Positions 18,673 to 28,930 of a stretch of 49,746 nucleotides of DNA are shown here, one piece after another. The stretch comes from an uncultured Eubacteriales bacterium (lineage in GTDB: Bacteria; Bacillota; Clostridia; Lachnospirales; CAZTAY01). The stretch is taken from the NCBI GenBank assembly GCA_964611655.1, contig CAZTAY010000003.1, positions 1 to 49,746 on the forward strand, read 5' to 3'. Position numbers and translations under genes: made by a program. Below the pieces are notes generated by a model. That model had not been told where the DNA came from. It saw nothing but the letters and a program-made list of their open reading frames with translations, and did not search any database. Numbering within the stretch: the first letter of the stretch is position 1; every line of letters starts with the position of its first letter.

Positions 18673-19824
18673 ATGAAAAATATTGTGATACTAGGCTCTT
18701 CAGGCTCGATTGGCTCACAAACGCTGGAGGTTGTGCAAAACAACCCTGACATTTGCGTTTTGGGTCTTTCTGTTTATAATGAGCTTGAAATACTGGAAGA
18801 ACAGATTAAAAAGTTTAACCCCCTTGCGGTGGCTGTTGCTGAAAACTCAGCCGCAAAATCTTTCGAAGCAAAAGCAAAAGAACTTAGAGTAACTTTATAT
18901 AAAGGCACAGAGGGACTATGTGAGCTTGCCGCACTTAAGGATGTGAGCTTAGTCGTTTCTGCAATCGTGGGTTTTGCAGGATTAAACCCCACTCTCTCTG
19001 CAATAAACGCAGGCAAAGACATTGCCCTTGCAAACAAAGAAACCTTGGTTGCAGCGGGAGAGCTTGTTATGAAGCTTGCAAAAGAAAAAAATGTCTCAAT
19101 TTTGCCTGTTGACTCAGAACACTCCGCTATTTTCCAGTGCCTGTTTGGTTACAAGGAAAAAGCGTTTAATAAAATATATTTAACTGCATCAGGAGGTCCT
19201 TTCAGGAACTTATCTAAAGCTGAACTATTTAAAGTAACCAAAGAACAAGCCCTTAATCATCCAAATTGGGTTATGGGCGCAAAAATTACCATTGATTCAG
19301 CAACACTAATGAATAAAGGCCTGGAAGTTATTGAAGCAAAATGGCTCTTTGACTGTGACCTTGACAAAATTGAAGTTCTTGTTCACCCTCAAAGTGTTAT
19401 TCACTCAATGGTAGAGTATGACGACGGATCAGTTATTGCTCAACTTGGAGAACCAGATATGCGTATCCCCATTGCTTATACAATAACCTATCCTCAAAGA
19501 AGACAAAATCCATTTAACAAACTGGATTTTACTAAACGTAATACCCTGACATTCGAAAAACCTGATTTAGACAGATTCCCTTGCCTTGCCTTGGCATTCG
19601 AGTCCCTAAAAATGGGCGGCAGCGCTCCTTGTGTTTTAAACAGCGCAAATGAGACGGCGGTCAGTCTCTTTTTAAACAGCAAGATTAAATTTATGGATAT
19701 ACCAGACTTAGTAGAAAAAGCTTTATTTAGGCATACGCCTATAAAAAACTATACACTAGCTCACTTGGAATATACCCATCAAGAAACAGCAGATTTTATC
19801 TATAATATTGTTAGGCTTCATTGA
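18673..19824 (+). CDS. dxr: 1-deoxy-D-xylulose-5-phosphate reductoisomerase
   Basis: LGSSGSIG, LANKETLV, PVDSEHSAIFQ, HPNWVMGAKITIDSATLMNKGLEVIEA. Confidence 0.98.
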   Translation: MKNIVILGSSGSIGSQTLEVVQNNPDICVLGLSVYNELEILEEQIKKFNPLAVAVAENSAAKSFEAKAKELRVTLYKGTEGLCELAALKDVSLVVSAIVGFAGLNPTLSAINAGKDIALANKETLVAAGELVMKLAKEKNVSILPVDSEHSAIFQCLFGYKEKAFNKIYLTASGGPFRNLSKAELFKVTKEQALNHPNWVMGAKITIDSATLMNKGLEVIEAKWLFDCDLDKIEVLVHPQSVIHSMVEYDDGSVIAQLGEPDMRIPIAYTITYPQRRQNPFNKLDFTKRNTLTFEKPDLDRFPCLALAFESLKMGGSAPCVLNSANETAVSLFLNSKIKFMDIPDLVEKALFRHTPIKNYTLAHLEYTHQETADFIYNIVRLH

Positions 19825-19872
19825 AACCAATAAGTTTTAAAAAGAAGTTTAACAGAACTTCGAGGTGAATAT

Positions 19873-20967
19873 ATGACAATTATTTTAGCTATATTGGTAT
19901 TTAGTTTATTAGTTATCGCCCACGAATTCGGTCATATGATTGTGGCTAAAAAGGTGGGTGTCTATGTTGAAGAGTTTGCCGTAGGAATGGGACCAAAACT
20001 GGTTTCAAAAAAATTTGGGGAAACTCTTTACTCAATCCGCCTCTTTCCCATAGGCGGTTTTTGCAAAATGTACGGCGAGGATGAATCTATAAGAGATCCA
20101 AGAGCGTTTAACAGTCAAAAACCCTTTCAACGCTTCCTCATCCTTGCAGCCGGTTCTTTTATGAATTTTATATTGGCATTTGTGATTTTGTTCGTTATGT
20201 CACTAATAGGCAACAACCCCATTCCTGTGGTTAAGGAGCTTTCTGGAAATGAAAGCGCTATAGTTGCTGGCCTGCAAAAAGGTGATATCATAACAAAGGT
20301 TGGAAATATGGATATTCATGTTTATGAGGACATAAAACTAGCCCTTTTCGATACAAAAGAAAAACCTGTTGAGGTTACTGTTAAAAGAGCTGTTGAAGGT
20401 TCAAATACTTATGAAACAAAACAATTCACCATTACTCCGGCTAATACCAAAGAAGCAGGTTATATAATCGGATTTAAGCCTGATTATCAATTGGGTATCT
20501 TAACAAGATTGTTTGAAAAGGATATTGATAGTGACTATCAAACCGCCAATATATTTCAAATGACTGAACAATCCTTCTGGCGGATGTGCTACTATATCAA
20601 ATCAGCCTACTATGGTATTGTAAAGTTAGCAACAAGAGAAATTGCAACCGATCAAATGACAGGTCCAATAGGCATTGTTAATACTATTGGTGATGTATAT
20701 GAAAAGGGTGCTCAAGTTAATATACTAAGCGCAATACTGAATGTGATGTCATTGGCAGCACTGTTAAGTGCAAACCTTGGCGCTTTGAACCTTCTTCCCA
20801 TTCCGGCTCTTGACGGTGGCAGGATTTTTTTCCTACTCATTGAAGCAATCAGGAGAAAACCCATTTCGCCGGAGAAAGAAGGAATGATCCACTTTGCAGG
20901 TTTTGCCCTTTTGATGCTGTTTATGATATTCATAGCCTATAATGATGTTTTAAGGATAGTGAGTTAA
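19873..20967 (+). CDS. rseP: RIP metalloprotease RseP
   Basis: HEFGH, PIGGFC, PDZ domain, NLLPIPALDGG. Confidence 0.95.
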   Translation: MTIILAILVFSLLVIAHEFGHMIVAKKVGVYVEEFAVGMGPKLVSKKFGETLYSIRLFPIGGFCKMYGEDESIRDPRAFNSQKPFQRFLILAAGSFMNFILAFVILFVMSLIGNNPIPVVKELSGNESAIVAGLQKGDIITKVGNMDIHVYEDIKLALFDTKEKPVEVTVKRAVEGSNTYETKQFTITPANTKEAGYIIGFKPDYQLGILTRLFEKDIDSDYQTANIFQMTEQSFWRMCYYIKSAYYGIVKLATREIATDQMTGPIGIVNTIGDVYEKGAQVNILSAILNVMSLAALLSANLGALNLLPIPALDGGRIFFLLIEAIRRKPISPEKEGMIHFAGFALLMLFMIFIAYNDVLRIVS

Positions 20968-20971
20968 TTTA

Positions 20972-22030
20972 GTGAGTGACTATACACGCAGGAATACCAA
21001 AAAAATAATAATAGGCGGCGTGACAATAGGTGACAATACTCCTATTGTCATTCAGTCTATGACAAATACAGATACAAGGGATATTACAAAGACCGTTGCT
21101 CAGATTTCACAACTTGCAGCCGAAGGCTGTGAGATTGTCAGGGTTTCTGTACCAAACGAAGAATCTGCAACAGTTTTGCCGGAAATAAAAAAACAGATAT
21201 CTCTGCCCTTAATTGCAGACATACATTTTGATTATAGACTAGCTGTAGCAGCAGCTAAAAACGGTGCAGATAAGATTAGGATTAATCCCGGAAACATCGG
21301 CAGTGCAGACAGACTAAGAGAGATTGCAACTGCCTGCAAGGAATATAATATCCCCATCCGTATTGGTGTAAACTCGGGTTCTTTGGAACAGCGGTTTATT
21401 GATAAATATGAAGGCGTAACACCTGAGGGGATTACCGAGAGCCTTATTGACAGTATAAACCTTTTTGAGAAATTTGGTTTTTATGACTTAATTTTGTCGG
21501 TTAAAGCATCATCAGTGCCTTTTTCCATTAATGCTTATGAAAGGGTTTCAAGGCTTACGGACTATCCCCTTCACGTTGGAATTACAGAAGCCGGAACAAT
21601 ATGGTCAGGCAGCATTAAATCAGCCGTTGGAATCGGCTCAATACTATCAAGAGGTATTGGAGATACAATTCGTGTGTCTCTAACAGGTGACCCTGTTAAT
21701 GAAATTCCTTATGCAAAAGAAATTCTCAAATCCCTGGGTCTTCGGAAATTCGGAATTGAATTTATCTCATGCCCAACTTGTGCAAGAACTAAGATTGACC
21801 TTGAAAAGATTGCAAATGAGATTGAATCTAAATGTAAGGATATAAAAAAGAACATCCGAGTTGCAGTAATGGGTTGTGCCGTAAACGGTCCCGGCGAATC
21901 AAAAGAAGCTGATATAGGCGTTGCTGCCGGAGAAGGTTATGGACTTATTTTCAAAAGAGGCAAGCCTTTTATGAAATGCAAAGAAGAAGATATCGTAGAT
22001 ACACTGTATAGAGAAATTATGGAGCTGTAG
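20972..22030 (+). CDS. ispG: 4-hydroxy-3-methylbut-2-en-1-yl diphosphate synthase
   Basis: IQSMTNT, ADIHFDY, RINPGNIG, RIGVNSGSL, SCPTCAR, VMGCAVNGPGE. Confidence 0.98.
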   Translation: MSDYTRRNTKKIIIGGVTIGDNTPIVIQSMTNTDTRDITKTVAQISQLAAEGCEIVRVSVPNEESATVLPEIKKQISLPLIADIHFDYRLAVAAAKNGADKIRINPGNIGSADRLREIATACKEYNIPIRIGVNSGSLEQRFIDKYEGVTPEGITESLIDSINLFEKFGFYDLILSVKASSVPFSINAYERVSRLTDYPLHVGITEAGTIWSGSIKSAVGIGSILSRGIGDTIRVSLTGDPVNEIPYAKEILKSLGLRKFGIEFISCPTCARTKIDLEKIANEIESKCKDIKKNIRVAVMGCAVNGPGESKEADIGVAAGEGYGLIFKRGKPFMKCKEEDIVDTLYREIMEL

Positions 22031-22041
22031 GAGGGATTTAA

Positions 22042-25000
22042 ATGGTGGACAAGCTCTTTGATAATGTTTTTCAGAATATTCCCCTGACTGGCTCTGTAAA
22101 GGAATGTTTCAAGGACTCAATTGTAACAAATTTCATGTTTTTAAAGACTCAGAGACAGATTGTCCTTGATTTAAAATGCAAGCATTACGAGACAAAAGTC
22201 ATAACAAAAAGTATGTTAGACTTAAAAAATTGCCTTTTAAAAAAATTCCCTGGTTTATCTGAAGTTATTATAAATCTAAAATTTGATATTACAAATTGCA
22301 ACGCTGAAGCATTAACAAATATTTTAATGAACCATGTACTTATGGAGTTTAAAGATAAACGTCCTTTTTATTATACATTGCTTTCAAAGGCAATTTGGAC
22401 TTATAAAGGTAATCTTCTTGTTATTGAAACTCCCATGGGAGCACCCATTTTCTTGATTGAAACGGGATTAGACAAGCAGATCTGTGAAATTGTTTTCAAT
22501 AGCTTTGACATAAACCTAAGAGTACAATTTAGGGAATCTGAGAAACAAAAACTTACAACCAAAACAAGAAATCAAGTTTCAACTCCAAGTTCAATAAACA
22601 CGGTGATTATCAAGCCTGAAATTGAAAAGAACTTGAATCAGATCGTTCAGCCAAAGAAAATAACGGAAAGCAGTAAAAGCAGCTTAACATCACCATTACT
22701 TGGAAAGAAGATTTCAGGTCAAATTACTCCAATTTCTCAAGCAACGGAAGAAGGAGAAACATTGATTCTGGAAGGCACTGCCATTACCGTAAATTTCAGA
22801 GAAATTAAAGGCTCAAAAACATTAGTTACCTTTGACATATCCGATAAAACAGATTCGCTGTCCTCAAAATTTTTTTTAAAAAACGATAAGCTGGATGATA
22901 TAAAATCAGGTCTAAAAAAGGGCGTACGCTTAAGGGTTAAAGGCGAACTTCAGTTCGACAGATTTTCAAGAGAGAATATACTTTTAACTAAGGATATTGA
23001 ACTGCTTCCGCCTGCTAAAATCAGAATGGATAATTCACAGGATAAAAGAGTGGAACTGCATTTACATACTCATATGAGCCAGATGGATGCTGTCACCTCT
23101 GCGGAAGATTACATAAAACGTGCTGCATTATGGGGACATAAGGCAATTGCAATAACAGATCATGGGGTTGTACAAGCCTTTCCTGAAGCTGCTTCCTCGG
23201 CTAAAAAGAATGGAATCAAAATTTTATATGGCATGGAAGCATATTTGGTAAACGATCTTGGAAGCGTTGTCCAAATGTCAAAGTCTCAGCCTCTGACAGG
23301 CACTTATACAGTATTTGATGTTGAAACCACTGGTCTTTCAAGAGACAGAGATTCACTAACTGAAATAGGTGCTGTTAAAGTTGTAAACGGTGAAATAAAA
23401 GAACGTTTCCAGACTTTTGTAAACCCTGGTAGGTTTATCCCTAAAAATATAGTAGAGCTTACAGGAATAACAGATGAAATGGTTGCAGATGCACCCTCAT
23501 CTTCTAATGCCGTCAAGGCTTTTCTGGACTTTGCAGGTGACTCAGTGTTAGTTGCCCACAATGCACCCTTTGATATTGGATTTATAAGAACACAAACATT
23601 CAGAGACGGTTATAACATACCAAATACTTTGATTGATACTCTTGAACTTTCAAAAGCTCTGCTCCCTGAACTTTCAAAACATAAGCTAAACACTGTCTGC
23701 GAGCATTTGGACATAAGCCTTGAAAACCACCACAGAGCCAGCGATGATGCAGAAGCTACCGCAAACATGCTACTAAAATTCTTTGACATGTTAACAGACA
23801 AGGGTATTGATAATATTGACCATATAAATGCCCTGGCTTCAGAAAAAATCAACCATAAAAAAACCAGATATTATCACGCCATTATTTTTGCTAAAAACCA
23901 AGCAGGACTTAGAACATTATATGAACTTGTTTCAGATTCACATATAAAGAACTTTTACAGACGCCCTAGGGTACTTAAGAGCGAGCTTGCAAGGAACAGA
24001 GAAAACCTAATAATCGGCTCTGCCTGTGAGGCAGGAGAATTATTTAAAGCCTTGCTTTCCGACAGTCCCGAAGAAGTTTTAACTGAAATTGTAAATTTTT
24101 ATGACTACCTTGAAATTCAACCTCTCGGAAACAATCAATTCCTTCTTGATACCGGCGTTTTGCAGGATAAAGAAAGTTTAATCCGAATCAACCAAAGGAT
24201 TGTAGAGCTTGGGTATAAGCACGGAAAGTTAGTGGCAGCAACATGCGATTCCCATTTCTTAGAACCAGAGGATGAAATTTACAGGCGCATAATAATGAAA
24301 GGTGATGGCTTTTCAGATGCCGACAGGCAACCGCCATTATACTTTAGAACCACAGATGAAATGCTTCTTGAGTTTGAATATCTTGGAGAACGAGCAAAAG
24401 AGGTTGTAATTGACAATACCATTAAAATTGCTGACCTGATACAGGATATCAAGCCCATTCCCGACGAGACTTTTCCTCCTGAAATTGAAGGCGCAGAGGA
24501 GGAACTTAGGGAAGGCGCAATTCAAAAAGCAATTGAGATTTATGGAAGTCCCCTTCCAAAACCTGTTGAGGACAGACTTTTTAGGGAACTGGATTCGATT
24601 ATTAAAAACGGTTTTGCAGTTATGTATATAATTGCAAAGAAACTGGTTCTAAAATCAAATTCCGACGGATATTTGGTTGGTTCAAGAGGTTCTGTGGGCT
24701 CCTCATTTGCCGCAACCATGGCAAGTATAACAGAGGTTAATCCCTTGCCTCCACATTATGTCTGCCCATCCTGTAAATTTTCGGATTTTGATTCTGAAAT
24801 CGTAATCAAAAACGCAGGCTGTGCAGGTTATGACATGCCTGATAGAGATTGTCCTGTTTGTGGACATAAGCTTAACAAAGACGGTCACGATATACCATTT
24901 GAAACATTTCTTGGCTTTGATGGTGATAAAGAACCTGATATAGACCTTAATTTTTCAGGTGATTATCAACAGAAAGCCCATTTATATACGGAAGAGCTTT

Positions 25001-26355
25001 TTGGTAAGGAAAACGTGTTTAAAGCCGGGACGATAGGAACACTAGCTGAAAAAACAGCTTATGGGTATGTAAAAAAGTATTATGATGAAAAGGAAATTAT
25101 AAAAAGCAATGCGGAAATTAACAGGCTTATTTCGGGTTGTACTGGCATAAAAAGAACCACTGGTCAACATCCCGGTGGGCTTATGATTGTCCCTAAGAAT
25201 CAATCTGTTTTTAATTTTACGCCTATCCAAAGACCGGCAAACGACATGAAATCTGAGGTCACCACCACTCATTTTGATTACCACAGCATAAGCGGCCGGT
25301 TGTTAAAACTTGATATATTAGGCCATGACGATCCCACGGTTATAAGGATGCTCTTCGACTTGACCGGCGTCGATCCAAAAAACGTTCCCCTTGATGATGC
25401 TAAAACCCTAAGCTTGTTTACCTCTACCAAAGCCTTAGGTGTAACCAACGCTGATATTAAATGCGAAACAGGAACTCTTGCTATACCTGAGTTTGGAACT
25501 AAGTTCGTTAGACAAATGCTAAAGGATACTCAGCCTACTACATTTTCAGAGCTTGTGCGTATATCAGGATTATCCCATGGTACTGACGTTTGGCTAAATA
25601 ATGCACAGGAATATGTAAGGCAAAAGGTGGCAACCTTAAAAGACGTTATTTCAACCAGAGACGATATTATGGTTTATTTAATTATAAAGGGTGTAGAAAA
25701 AAAACGTGCCTTTAAGATAATGGAAAACGTCAGAAAAGGAAAGGGTCTTGCGGACGAGGATATTGCCGAGATGAAAAGCGTTGGAGTGCCTGACTGGTAT
25801 ATTGAATCCTGTACCAAAATCAAGTATATGTTCCCTAAAGCTCATGCTGCTGCCTATGTCATGATGGCATTTAGGATTGCTTACTTTAAAGTGCATCATC
25901 CAGAGGCCTTCTATGCCTCATATTTTTCAGTCAGAGCCGACGACTTTGATTATGAGTCCATGTGTAAGGGCATGTCCATACTAGAATCTTCAATAAATGA
26001 GCTTGAAGAAAAGGGTAATTCAGCCACAGCAAAGGAAAAGAACAAATTAACCATAGCCGAGGTGGTCAGGGAAATGTACGCAAGGGGTATAAAATTCCTG
26101 CCACTTCATTTATATGATTCACATGCAGAGAAATTCCAGTTGACACCGAACGGAATACTACCGCCACTAAATTCATTGCAAGGCTTGGGAATTACAGCGG
26201 CAAATAGCATTTCACAAGCAAGAGAAAAGGGAGAGTTTATTTCTATTGAAGATTTAAGAGTAAAAACAGGAATAAGTAAAACTGTAATAGAACTTTTAAA
26301 ACAGAACAACGTTTTAGAAGGTCTGCCTGCCACAAGTCAGTTATCTTTGTTTTAG
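22042..26355 (+). CDS. polC: DNA polymerase III, PolC-type
   Basis: OB fold, PHP (ELHLHT, AITDH), exonuclease insert VFDVETTGL, GSRGSVGSS, PDIDLNFS, KIKYMFPKAHA, clamp motif QLSLF; no intein visible. Confidence 0.98.
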   Translation: MVDKLFDNVFQNIPLTGSVKECFKDSIVTNFMFLKTQRQIVLDLKCKHYETKVITKSMLDLKNCLLKKFPGLSEVIINLKFDITNCNAEALTNILMNHVLMEFKDKRPFYYTLLSKAIWTYKGNLLVIETPMGAPIFLIETGLDKQICEIVFNSFDINLRVQFRESEKQKLTTKTRNQVSTPSSINTVIIKPEIEKNLNQIVQPKKITESSKSSLTSPLLGKKISGQITPISQATEEGETLILEGTAITVNFREIKGSKTLVTFDISDKTDSLSSKFFLKNDKLDDIKSGLKKGVRLRVKGELQFDRFSRENILLTKDIELLPPAKIRMDNSQDKRVELHLHTHMSQMDAVTSAEDYIKRAALWGHKAIAITDHGVVQAFPEAASSAKKNGIKILYGMEAYLVNDLGSVVQMSKSQPLTGTYTVFDVETTGLSRDRDSLTEIGAVKVVNGEIKERFQTFVNPGRFIPKNIVELTGITDEMVADAPSSSNAVKAFLDFAGDSVLVAHNAPFDIGFIRTQTFRDGYNIPNTLIDTLELSKALLPELSKHKLNTVCEHLDISLENHHRASDDAEATANMLLKFFDMLTDKGIDNIDHINALASEKINHKKTRYYHAIIFAKNQAGLRTLYELVSDSHIKNFYRRPRVLKSELARNRENLIIGSACEAGELFKALLSDSPEEVLTEIVNFYDYLEIQPLGNNQFLLDTGVLQDKESLIRINQRIVELGYKHGKLVAATCDSHFLEPEDEIYRRIIMKGDGFSDADRQPPLYFRTTDEMLLEFEYLGERAKEVVIDNTIKIADLIQDIKPIPDETFPPEIEGAEEELREGAIQKAIEIYGSPLPKPVEDRLFRELDSIIKNGFAVMYIIAKKLVLKSNSDGYLVGSRGSVGSSFAATMASITEVNPLPPHYVCPSCKFSDFDSEIVIKNAGCAGYDMPDRDCPVCGHKLNKDGHDIPFETFLGFDGDKEPDIDLNFSGDYQQKAHLYTEELFGKENVFKAGTIGTLAEKTAYGYVKKYYDEKEIIKSNAEINRLISGCTGIKRTTGQHPGGLMIVPKNQSVFNFTPIQRPANDMKSEVTTTHFDYHSISGRLLKLDILGHDDPTVIRMLFDLTGVDPKNVPLDDAKTLSLFTSTKALGVTNADIKCETGTLAIPEFGTKFVRQMLKDTQPTTFSELVRISGLSHGTDVWLNNAQEYVRQKVATLKDVISTRDDIMVYLIIKGVEKKRAFKIMENVRKGKGLADEDIAEMKSVGVPDWYIESCTKIKYMFPKAHAAAYVMMAFRIAYFKVHHPEAFYASYFSVRADDFDYESMCKGMSILESSINELEEKGNSATAKEKNKLTIAEVVREMYARGIKFLPLHLYDSHAEKFQLTPNGILPPLNSLQGLGITAANSISQAREKGEFISIEDLRVKTGISKTVIELLKQNNVLEGLPATSQLSLF

Positions 26356-26409
26356 GCAAGCTTAAAAACCTGTCAAAAGTGAGTAGACCAGTGATAATAG
26401 AAACAAAGT

Positions 26410-26450
26410 GGGCAATCGGATATATAGTTTTAATCCGATTGCCCCTTTTT
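26410..26450 (+). terminator. Intrinsic terminator after polC
   Basis: Perfect 12-bp stem GGGCAATCGGAT / ATCCGATTGCCC followed by CTTTTT. Confidence 0.8.
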
Positions 26451-26562
26451 CTGTTCCTTCTGAAACTGCTATAACCTTAGAAAAAGCTTGTATAATATCA
26501 TCAATCATCGGAATATGGTGGCGGTATTTTTTACAGCAACTCCACAGAGTGTTTGATGTTTA

Positions 26563-26738
26563 CTTGATGCTGGCGACCAAAAGAAATTTAGTCAACTAAT
26601 CCCTCATAGTTTTCGCATATTTTATTTAGAGTCTCCTCAGACAAACTTTTTTTGCCATTTCAATCTCTAGCAAAACTATGGAAATATACCAACATTTTCA
26701 GCAAATTGTTCTCTTAATGTCTAACGTTGACGTCTAAC
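26563..26738 (+). pseudogene. Decayed C-terminal fragment of a tyrosine recombinase/integrase
   Basis: Frame fragments LDAGDQKKFSQLIPHSFR (HxxR motif, PHSFR at 26602-26616), CHFN (cf. LGHS), and SKTMEIYQH (cf. TTxIYxH, 26669-26695); frameshifted, with shorter-than-normal motif spacing. Confidence 0.45.
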
Positions 26739-26849
26739 TAGTTTGCCAATTCATATGCATTGTACGGTATTGCTTTCAGCGTAAAAATAATCTAGTATAT
26801 AGTTAATATGCTATTGCGTAAATTTATGCTAGAGGTGATAAAGTTATAA

Positions 26850-27230
26850 AAAACATGTATGATAACTGGGCACAGAGAAATCTCTCCTGATAAAATTCAA
26901 CATACAAAAAAGAACTACGACACTAGATTGAAACAGTTATAAATGAAGGTTATACCCATTTCATCAGTGGTTTTGCAAACGTCATTGACTATACTTTGAC
27001 GTAATAAAAGCAAATCCACTCTATATACTTTGAATCGGTTAACCTATACTAGAATTGTACGGACAGCACAAATGCCATTTAAAGCTCCTGATTGATCAAT
27101 GTGACTTATTGTTATCCAGTCAAATGAATACAACTCTAATTGTTTTATGAAGCGTAACCCCTTTATGGTAAAGGTTTCACAGCTTGTTATTTCCATTTAG
27201 AAGAAAGATAAAGAGGTGATACAGGGAACA
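26850..27230 (+). pseudogene. SLOG / YspA (DUF1273)-like pseudogene
   Basis: After RBS GAGGTG (26832): KTCMITGHREISPDKI, frameshift, KELRH*IETVINEGYTHFISGFA, later EYNSNCFMKRNPFMVKVSQLVISI*, RGDT; family motifs TGHR, FISG, RN.xMV and GGT appear in order. Confidence 0.7.
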
Positions 27231-27370
27231 AAACATAATGACCAAAAAACAGACGACAGAAAAAACCTTGGTACAAAAATATCAAATGTGGAATTCAGAA
27301 GTAAATATAAGTAATCTGCAAGAAGTTAGATCCTCCTTGGATTTTACAACAGCCAGCGTAATAAATCCTT

Positions 27371-27405
27371 AAAAAAACTGACACCGTTTTAAAAACGATG
27401 TCAGT
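27371..27405 (-). terminator. Intrinsic terminator of the ABC ATPase gene
   Basis: ACTGACACCGTTT / AAACGATGTCAGT stem with A7 on the + strand (U-tract on -). Confidence 0.75.
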
Positions 27406-27435
27406 ATATTAAGTAAGTTTATGGGTATAGTTTTC

Positions 27436-28545
27436 CTAATTTGCAATAATCACCTTTTGACTGTTCTTGTCAAAGAGATAAATAGAATGTTCTTTTAGTA
27501 TAATTTTAATCATGTCGCCTTGGGCAGCCTTTAATCCTTTTGTAGCGGAAACAACAAACTTTGCTCCTGGAAGCTTTACTTTTAGTTTACCGGAATCAAT
27601 ATCGTTATCCTGAACCATACATTCAAGTACACAAGAATCATAGATTAAAGAACTTTCAGCCAGCTCAATATTATCAGGATGAATACCCACTATAACTTCT
27701 TGATCCTCAAAGCCCATTTCCAGTAAAGACTCACTAAGAGAATTTGAAAGGGTTATAACGTTATTCTCATCAAGAAATAAATTAAGTTTTGATCCTGTTT
27801 TAACAGTCTTTGCAATAGAAAACTGCATTTTTTGATCACTAATAAACGCTGCTGTAAAGACATTTGCCGGACTATCACAAATTTCATTTGCAGAGCCATA
27901 TTGCTGGAGGATTCCGTCTTTTAAAACAGCGATTTTTGTTCCCACTGTTTTTGCCTCATCTACCGAAGTTGTGGTATAGATAAAGATTGAGTCAAGTTCT
28001 TCATAAAGCTTTTTAATGTTATCTAATGTATGTTTTTTAGTTTCTTCATCCAAGTCACAAAGGGGATCGTCAAGCAAAAACACAGCTGGATTAAGGGCAG
28101 CGCATTTTCCTATGGATACACATTTCCTTTCTTTTTCTGAAAGCATACTAGGTTCTTTGTCCAATATATGGCTAAGATTTAGAGTTTCTGCAATCCTGTT
28201 GATTCTGCTTTCAATCTCTTCCTCTTCAAACTTTCTGGCTCTCAAACCATAACCGATATTGTCATAAACTGTCATTTGCGGATATAAAGAATTATTTTGA
28301 AATAATAAAGCAATGTTGCGTTCTCTTGGGCTTTTTTCATTTACTGAAACGCCGTCAATAAATATTTCACCTGACGTAATATCTTCAATACCGGCAATCA
28401 CTCTAAGCAAAGTCGATTTACCACATTCCTGCGGGCCGGTCAAAACAACAAATTCTTTATCCAATACATCCAAACTAACCCCCGAAATAGCAGTATCACC
28501 ATTTGAAAAGCGTTTCAAAACATTTTTAAGGGAAAAACGCGACAT
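27436..28545 (-). CDS. MalK/MsmX-like ABC ATP-binding protein with degenerate catalytic motifs
   Basis: GPQECGKST, RNIALLFQN.SLYPQMTVYDNI, LQQYG, PANVF, C-terminal TOBE-like region; start at ATG 28545 (RBS GAGGAG at 9 nt) preferred over 28593. Confidence 0.85.
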   Translation of the reverse strand: MSRFSLKNVLKRFSNGDTAISGVSLDVLDKEFVVLTGPQECGKSTLLRVIAGIEDITSGEIFIDGVSVNEKSPRERNIALLFQNNSLYPQMTVYDNIGYGLRARKFEEEEIESRINRIAETLNLSHILDKEPSMLSEKERKCVSIGKCAALNPAVFLLDDPLCDLDEETKKHTLDNIKKLYEELDSIFIYTTTSVDEAKTVGTKIAVLKDGILQQYGSANEICDSPANVFTAAFISDQKMQFSIAKTVKTGSKLNLFLDENNVITLSNSLSESLLEMGFEDQEVIVGIHPDNIELAESSLIYDSCVLECMVQDNDIDSGKLKVKLPGAKFVVSATKGLKAAQGDMIKIILKEHSIYLFDKNSQKVIIAN

Positions 28546-28930
28546 TGGGAAAAGCTCCTCCTTATTATTGTCAAATATAGGTCCTGTTGACATACTCCTT
28601 TTTAACCGTCAAATGGCTTATCTCTGTTGTTGTCCTTTTCCATCAAAAACATAATTACTCAAAGCCATATCCCTATATATAATTGAGTTCCACTAGTAAC
28701 ATCATACCTTATTTTATAAATCGCATCTATTGTCCAATTAAACAAAAAAAAATACCAACCTTTAACTAAATTTATACAATTAGACAATTTTATCTGCCAT
28801 ATTTTAATATGATATAGCAACTAACAAGCCATAATAACAAGCTTGCTTGCGAAATTACTCGAAAAATGAGCTAAACACCTTGCACCTTTTGTGACATCAA
28901 AAAATAAAAGTCTATATCGTGTCAGCTTTA

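Noticed and set aside
22042-26355. Possible intein or intron in polC
   Set aside because: 1437 aa is normal for PolC and the motifs are contiguous.
26366-26390. AAACCTGTCAAAAGTGAGTAGACCA resembles an IS3-family terminal repeat from memory
   Set aside because: No partner repeat or transposase was seen in the window; it cannot be supported without an ISfinder search.
26408-26599. 63 aa ORF after polC
   Set aside because: It starts inside the terminator stem and overlaps the decayed integrase fragment; no RBS.
28546-28700. Longer start for the ABC ATPase (28593) and tiny upstream ORFs as possible leader peptides
   Set aside because: AAGGAG is only 1 nt from ATG 28593; the 13-16 codon ORFs lack well-spaced RBSs or attenuator structure.
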